Positions 57,256 through 64,000 of a stretch of DNA of 64,000 nucleotides are shown piece after piece (the stretch's first letter is position 1; every line of letters begins with the position of its first letter). The stretch is from Eledone cirrhosa (taxonomy: Eukaryota): assembly GCA_964016885.1 (NCBI GenBank), contig OZ024755.1:2914001-2978000 (forward strand). Reading direction: 5' to 3'. Made by a program: the position numbers and the translations under genes. The notes beneath the pieces were generated by a model, which did not search any database, was not told the origin of the DNA, and worked only from the letters and a program-made list of their open reading frames with translations.

Positions 57256-57824
57256 TCACAGAGTAACGAGAAGAACTCAACAAAAGGAGGAAAGGAAGAA
57301 AATACACGAGAGAAGATCACACAAACATTTATATACATCATCAGCTTTTAGACCTACTGTGGTTTCACACGATTTAACTAAAACTACCTTGTAAAATAGT
57401 CGGCTCGTGCAACAGAAAGATAAATATTTCCGTTGGTATGATGTTTGCATGAGAAACGAACACATTAGACAGAGAGACAGAGAGATGGACAGATCAGATA
57501 GAGAGAAAATAAAGTGCCTCCACTCGGCACCAGGTCGCTGCTAGAAAAGACAACAAAGATATTGGCTGCAGACGTAGTAGCAAGCGGAAGTGACGTGCAG
57601 GAGCAGCGGGTAGGAGAAGTGAGAAAGAAAGAATATAGGTTTATTGGTTATTTCTTTCCCCTCTCCCTTTTTTCTTTTCTCTCTCCCCAACTCTTTCCCT
57701 TCCTATTACTGCTTTCATCATTTATCTTCATATATGCACTCAGTTTGTGCATTGAGTGCTTGTTTTTGTATCAATACCAGTAATTCACTGAATCACACAT
57801 TATAGATATATAAATATTTGATAT

Positions 57825-58002
57825 AGAAATGGCTTCTACAGGACTAGAATTGTTTCATTCGGGAGAAATCGGCAGAAGCTTCCTGGCGATTTCTCCCAAA
57901 TGAAACAGTTCTAGTCCTGTAGAAGCCATTTCTATATTAAATGTTTATACTCTGCTTTGTATTGAGTACCTTACTTACTATGGTTACCCCCCGATTGAAC
58001 TT
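57825..58002 (+). mobile_element. Family B palindromic element
   Basis: Inverted arms of about 50 bp. Hammerhead cores are mutated (CTGGCGA on +, CTGCCGA on -). The 3' hairpin is identical to 27785-27805. Confidence 0.88.
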
Positions 58003-58350
58003 TATATATTTATATACATATTTAAAGAGGTTTATGTAGTGGAACAGGGAGAGATGAGTGACGGACACATACATCACACCCTTGCTCATACAAATCAAAT
58101 CACCTCCACACTTATATATATGGTCTCGGATAAACTAACTCCACAGTTTTTTCATTGAACTGAAAAGCTTTATAAGGCAAGTATATCGCCGTTTCATTTA
58201 GTCGTCTGCATATGACAGAAGTCTTTCTTCTCATTGTGATATCGTCTGTTGTTTCTCCCCCATACAGGAAATCCGAAATAATATATATATATAGAATAAT
58301 CAGATTATATATGTGTGTTTATATATATATATATATATATATGTGTGTGA

Positions 58351-58382
<32 letters not shown>

Positions 58383-58435
58383 GTGTGTGAGTGTGTGTAT
58401 ATATAAATGTATCTGCACGCATATATATGTATGTG

Positions 58436-58473
<38 letters not shown>

Positions 58474-58548
58474 CATGTACATATATATATACGTGCAGAT
58501 ACATTTATATATGTAGACAATTATATATATATATATATATATATTTAT

Positions 58549-58735
58549 AACAAAAGAATTGTGGTAAGGAACCAGATGGACCATAACGAACCAGAGTACT
58601 TAGGGTAGTAGAGTGGGAAATAGGGAAAAGTATGACCCCGACGGCAGAGCTCAAGCCGTTTCGACGGGTATTTCTGGACAGAAATACCCGTCGAAACGGC
58701 TTGAGCCCTGCCGTCGGGGTCATACTTTTTCCTAT
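58549..58735 (-). mobile_element. Family A palindromic element in (TA)n
   Basis: Arms around ctggacag, flanked by (TA)n. Confidence 0.9.
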
Positions 58736-59193
58736 ATATATATATATATATATATACAGATTTAACATGGTAAAAAAAAACATAAAACTATTTAAGAAGT
58801 CATCTAAAAATATTCCAAAATACTCCATACACAATAGCTTTAGAAAACGAAGCTTTCAATATCTGGTGCAAAAATAAGTCACCTTTTATGTTTATTTAGT
58901 TTTCAATTGTACTGTGTGAAATAATTGCTGAGATGAAGGTAACTATATACGTGCCAGTATAGAAAGGTAAATAGTTTTATATATTTATGTTTATTATTTA
59001 CCATAGTCATGTAAGTTCATTGCTTGCATTCCAGCCTTTCTTGTGCCATTATGTCTATATATCTAGGCCTGGCTATGGATACGTTTGTCTAGGTAATATT
59101 AATTGATGTGCACGCTCTGAACTGTTTCTTTTGCCAACCGCTTTGTCATCCAGCGAGGGCTAGACTATATGATCGATATTATTGTGTATTGAA

Positions 59194-59283
<90 letters not shown>

Positions 59284-59291
59284 TGTATGTA

Positions 59292-59427
<136 letters not shown>

Positions 59428-59722
59428 AAACGGGATAACTGCAGTCAGTAAGGTATTCAATATACTATACACATATACATACATACGTGTGTATGAATGT
59501 GTGCGTGCCTATATATATATATATATATATATATAAGTAAAATACTGATCAACAGTAAATATATAATGTTCTCTATTTTTTTTAAATACGTGACAACCAT
59601 TTCAATATGAGATATTGGTAAAGAATAAGTTTTCCCCATCAACTCTCTGTAACAGGCACCACTCGGCCAAATAATTGTTTCTTCATATGTGAAGCTGTAC
59701 AAATATAATGCTTCATTCGTAT

Positions 59723-59790
<68 letters not shown>

Positions 59791-59986
59791 GTATGTGTGT
59801 AGATAAATCTACCAAAATATACGGTAGTGTCGAATCCGTATGAAGAACTCAATGTAATCCAAATATCATGAAAAGAGAAGATGCATTCAAAGATTTTCGA
59901 TGAAAATCATAGGAAAACAGAGTCAAGACAAATTAATAAAAACAATGAATAAAAACAAAGAACAAGTTCCTTATATTAAAAAATTC

Positions 59987-60118
59987 ATCATTTTACGATC
60001 GTTTCTAGGATATATATGTGTGTTGGTATGTATATAATATAGATCTATGTAAAAATATTACAAACTATCAGAGGAAATATACATACCTTCACATATACAT
60101 GCTGTCTTCAGAGATGAT
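59987..60118 (-). ncRNA. Type-I hammerhead (family E, long stem II form)
   Basis: aucaucu-CUGAAGA-cagc...ccua-GAAA-cgaucg-UA|aaaugau. Confidence 0.7.
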
Positions 60119-60210
60119 CATTTCTGAAGACAGCATATACATATGTGAAGGTATGTATATGATATACATACCAACACACATATATATCCTAGAAACGATC
60201 GTAAAATGAT
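60117..60210 (+). ncRNA. Type-I hammerhead (family E, shorter stem II form)
   Basis: aucauuu-CUGAAGA-[61-nt hairpin including gguauguau/auacauacc]-GAAA-cgaucg-UA|aaaugau. Stem I is a perfect 7 bp and stem III is the palindrome ACGAUCGU. Confidence 0.8.
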
Positions 60211-60263
60211 GAATTTTTTAATATAAGGAACTTGTTCTTTGTTTTTATTCATTGTTTTTATTA

Positions 60264-60308
<45 letters not shown>

Positions 60309-60751
60309 GAGTGTCAGTGAGAAAGAACTTGTATTAACTGTGACAGGAATATAGTAATTTGTTATCTTCCTCCCTAACTCTCTACCAGGGGGTTGACAAG
60401 ATGTTCTGTGGTCAAGCAACAACTCTCTATAACTACATATCTCTGCTAATTTCTATTGGACAATAAATAAAGATCTATCTATCTCTCTCTCTATCTGTCT
60501 CTTTGTCTATCCTCCTGTGTGCCTGGGTATCTATACATCTAGTTCTATCAGCCCAGTTATATCTCCCTGCAAATATATCTGTCTATCTAGTTATATACTA
60601 GTAATATAACTTTTTATTTATCTACCTACCCCTTTCTATTTATCTACATACCCTCTCTCTCTCTCTCTCTATCTCTCTATATATATGCGCTAGATTCCCA
60701 CGGTTCTAATGCTGAACCGATTCCCACAGTTCTAATGCTTAGTTCGGATCT

Positions 60752-60798
60752 GGCTGTCGAAACCGCCGGAGCTCAGCCGTCGTGGTCCTGACTCTTTT

Positions 60799-60803
<5 letters not shown>
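60752..60803 (+). mobile_element. Family A fragment
   Basis: ggctgtcgaaaccgccggagctcagccgtcgtggtcctgactcttttcctat followed by (TA)n. Confidence 0.75.
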
Positions 60804-60844
<41 letters not shown>

Positions 60845-61468
60845 ATCATATCATACACACCGTTCATTTTATACACGCCCTCGTTTTATTTGAACCAGTA
60901 TCTGTCTCTATCTATCCATGCCTCTACCAGTTAATCCTCTTCCATCAGCCCCTCCCCACTGTCCCTTATTATATGATATATTAATTTGATACTTCACTTT
61001 TCCGAGTTATGTTATTTTTTAATGATTCGGTATACACATCCTTAAGTTTGGTGTTATAAGTTTAATAAAGCGCTGAACTGTTCGACCTAAAAACAAGACA
61101 TGGATGTCACCCTAAATAGCATCGTTTAAAGTTACCTTCCTCCACATGCCTGATGTTGTTGTTGGTGATTAGCCAAATATCAGCTCTGATGGAGCAGATA
61201 TACCATCAAGTGTATTTCAGTCGTGATCAACCCAACTTTTTTCAGACATCTTGCATTTAGAGTGACATGCATCATATATTGTTTTCCTTGTTTTTTTTTC
61301 TGGTGTTAGGGTGTGATTTAAATGTGATTTAGCTTCCATTTAATACAATATTGTGTAAAAGTAGAATGAGGGAGTTCGTTAAAAAATGTACACAACATAA
61401 ATAAGAAGACGAATACAACTAGAAGTAAAACTACAAGAAATATAAAACTATCAACATCAGATTAATAA

Positions 61469-61740
61469 TTGTTTCTACTTTTGGCACAAAGCCAGCAATT
61501 ATCCCAGTACATTACTGGTACTTTATTTTATCTACCCCGTAAGGGATTTCAACTCAGACCGGAAAGGGACCCTCCACCGATACTACACAATGCCAACAAA
61601 TGTGGGGGAGGCGGCGGTCGATTAAATCAACCCCAATGCATTACTTATACTTTATTTTATTGACTCCCCTTAACGTTGAACGACAAACCTAACTTCGGCT
61701 GGATTTGAAATCAGAACATAAAGGGCCGTAACTCTATACC
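61469..61740 (-). mobile_element. Two adjacent SINE copies, one internally deleted and one degenerate
   Basis: SINE core matches at 61469-61580 and 61615-61740. Confidence 0.75.
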
Positions 61741-61858
61741 GTGCTAATGGTTCATGTGTTGTTTAAATTGATATCAACTTCGATGTCCTTCTTCCTAGAA
61801 ATGTTTGAACTTGTGCCTAAATCAGCAACAATTATTTTCTTGGTGTTTATATATATAT

Positions 61859-61994
61859 GTCTTCCTGTCCTCCTCCGATTGCAACGTTTTTTGAAATATT
61901 CACTTCTGCGTTCACAGATTGACTTTGTTAGTTTCAGAAGATCCCGTTAAGGGTGAAAGCAGCGATTCTTTGCTTAAACTTTAATGTTATTTTA

Positions 61995-62000
<6 letters not shown>
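61859..62000 (+). mobile_element. Family C element, single arm, with variant hammerhead at 61930-61980
   Basis: aguuu-CAGAAGA-u-ccc-guuaa-ggg-u-GAAA-gca-gcgauucuu-ugc-UU|aaacu, flanked by TA tracts. Confidence 0.75.
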
Positions 62001-62028
<28 letters not shown>

Positions 62029-62660
62029 GTAGGTATGTATGTATGTATACGTGCATACATATATGTATACAAAACGTACAGTAGTATGTATATATATATA
62101 TACATACATGCACACATTTCGTTTCATTCTATTCCATTTATATATAAATGTAATTTCGAATATTAATAATAACATTCGATTCGTTTGCAATTATGCAAAC
62201 AAGCCTCAATTTTATAGCCATGTCAGTAGAATGAACCCCTCATTCTTGTTCTTGTGTTTATATATATATATATATATTCCGGAAGTGTAACGCGAAGTTA
62301 CTGTAGGTTCACCCAGCATATGTGAATATATATTTATGGGTATATATATTTAGATGTGTATATATATTTACGTGGGTATATATATTTATCTGTGTATATG
62401 TATATATTTATGTACACAAAATCCAACACCAGCGCATAAAACACCAACACAAGCACAAATGCAAAAAAAAAAAATATATATATATACTATAAATATTATC
62501 TACATATGTATGTTTGGGTTTATGTCGGTGTTTATATTCATTTTCGTGTTCATACACATGTTTACATGTGTCTACACATGTGTTTACATATGTCTTTACA
62601 TATTTGTGTTTACGTTGATGTTTTCGTCTGATATATATTTGTGATATATATTATATACAT

Positions 62661-62871
62661 TCATCGTCAACTCAATAACGTCTTCGTCAACTCAATTACG
62701 TCGTCGTCAACTCAATTACGTCGTCGTCAAATCAATTACGTCTTCGTCAAATCAATTACGTCGTCGTCAACTCAATTACGTCGCCGTCAACTCAATTACG
62801 TCGTCGTCAAATCAATTACGTCGTCGTCAACTCAATTACGTCGTCGTCAACTCAATTACGTCGTCGTCAAC
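62661..62871. repeat. 20-bp CpG-rich tandem repeat, about 10 copies
   Basis: Unit tcgtcgtcaactcaattacg. Confidence 0.95.
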
Positions 62872-62922
62872 ATCCAAAACAAACATACACATACCGACCA
62901 TAATTAAATATGGAATGGAGCC

Positions 62923-63290
62923 CTACCACACACACACAGCCCCGGCGGTCAGAATTGAGAAGGCGTTTCCCCGGAGGACGGCAAGGGAGACGCGCTGGAA
63001 AAGCCACTCCAACTCGCGGGGCTCACACCTGAGGCTGGCCAGCTCAGCGCCTATGGTGGTGAGTAGGGAGGTAGCCATAGGACCGAGGACACCAGAAGTC
63101 TCCACTGCCAAGGGTACGACCGCGAACCTGTCGGAGAGCGACCGGTATTTGAGGAGTTTGGCCCCCTCAGCCCGACGTGCAGCAGAACCCGGGTTAGTCG
63201 CAGACTGCACCAGGTTGCGGCTGCCGAAAGTGTCGATGCAAGTGGCATCCCAGACGAGGGGTTTGCCACCGCGGAACAGGATGCTGAGGT
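62923..63290 (-). mobile_element. C-terminal restriction-like endonuclease domain of a CRE-like non-LTR retrotransposon, 5'-truncated
   Basis: GKPLVWDATCIDTF..NL..SATNPGSAARRAEGAKLLKYRSLSDRFAVVPLAVETSGVLGP..IG..LFQRVSLAVLRGNA matches the WDxT / AE..K..KY / P.A.ET.G / QR.S.A..RGNA pattern. Confidence 0.85.
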
Positions 63291-63726
63291 CTATAATTAT
63301 GTTTATGATTGTTTTGCTGCGTGTCTCTTCCCCAAGTTGATTTTCTTTCTGTCTTCAAACTCAAACTAGATCTCTCCTTCTTCGAATCTATTATTTATTC
63401 ATTATTATTATTTATATATAATTGTTGTGTTTACATCTAACATAATAACCCTGCTCTTTCAATTAGATGTATTCTCTATACTTTTCAATATCTGTATTTC
63501 TTTCTATATTTTTTTTAACATTCGTGATGTTGTTTCCTTGTTTTGAACATATCACATTTTTTCCTCCTGTTTTCCTTTCTCATTATTTCTCTTGTTTATT
63601 TCATTATTTATTTTTATTGTTTCCGTTAATGACTTGCTACTATATATCACTACTCTCTCTTTCTCTGCTGTTTTAGTTTTTCTAATACTCTAGCATGTTT
63701 TATCGCTCGCTCTCTCTCTCTCTCTA

Positions 63727-63817
<91 letters not shown>

Positions 63818-63826
63818 CATATATAT

Positions 63827-63897
<71 letters not shown>

Positions 63898-63940
63898 AAT
63901 ATATATATACATATATATTATATATATATATATATATACA

Positions 63941-63982
<42 letters not shown>

Positions 63983-64000
63983 AATATATATATATATATA

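Larger units (their letters stand above)
59797..60267 (-). mobile_element. Family E palindromic element with hammerheads on both strands
   Basis: Inverted arms at 59931-60118 and 60117-60267. Unique 3' part 59797-59930 carries GACTC-tgt...aca-TT-GAGTT and the hairpins atacgg/ccgtat and gtagat/atctac. Confidence 0.88.

Overview
AT-rich, microsatellite-saturated animal non-coding DNA. The SINE repertoire suggests an octopus or other coleoid cephalopod (inference). No host protein-coding exon is recognisable, and nearly all ORFs in the track are translations of (TA)n, (CA)n, (GA)n or (GGT)n repeats. Recognisable content: three 3' fragments of RTE-clade LINEs (one hosting a 47-copy 51-bp minisatellite, one with a twin-priming-type 5' inversion), two CRE-like restriction-like-endonuclease fragments, about a dozen copies of one SINE, a non-autonomous Helitron, piggyBac- and hAT-type MITEs, and 45-, 60-, 20-, 30- and 38-bp tandem arrays. 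The main observation is a set of short (100-470 bp), mutually dissimilar element families embedded in (TA)n tracts and often palindromic. Several carry minimal type-I hammerhead ribozymes with palindromic stem III (intact cores at 20948-20986, 32866-32923, 38481-38548, 47731-47854, 59987-60118 and 60117-60210), resembling Penelope-like (PLE) pseudo-LTRs or retrozymes. About ten families share a covarying 3' hairpin (RCUC-helix...helix-UU-GAGY), and several share a downstream TGGT(G/T)AACC-like motif. I know of no description of this shared structure. All structures were read by eye and need folding and covariance analysis.
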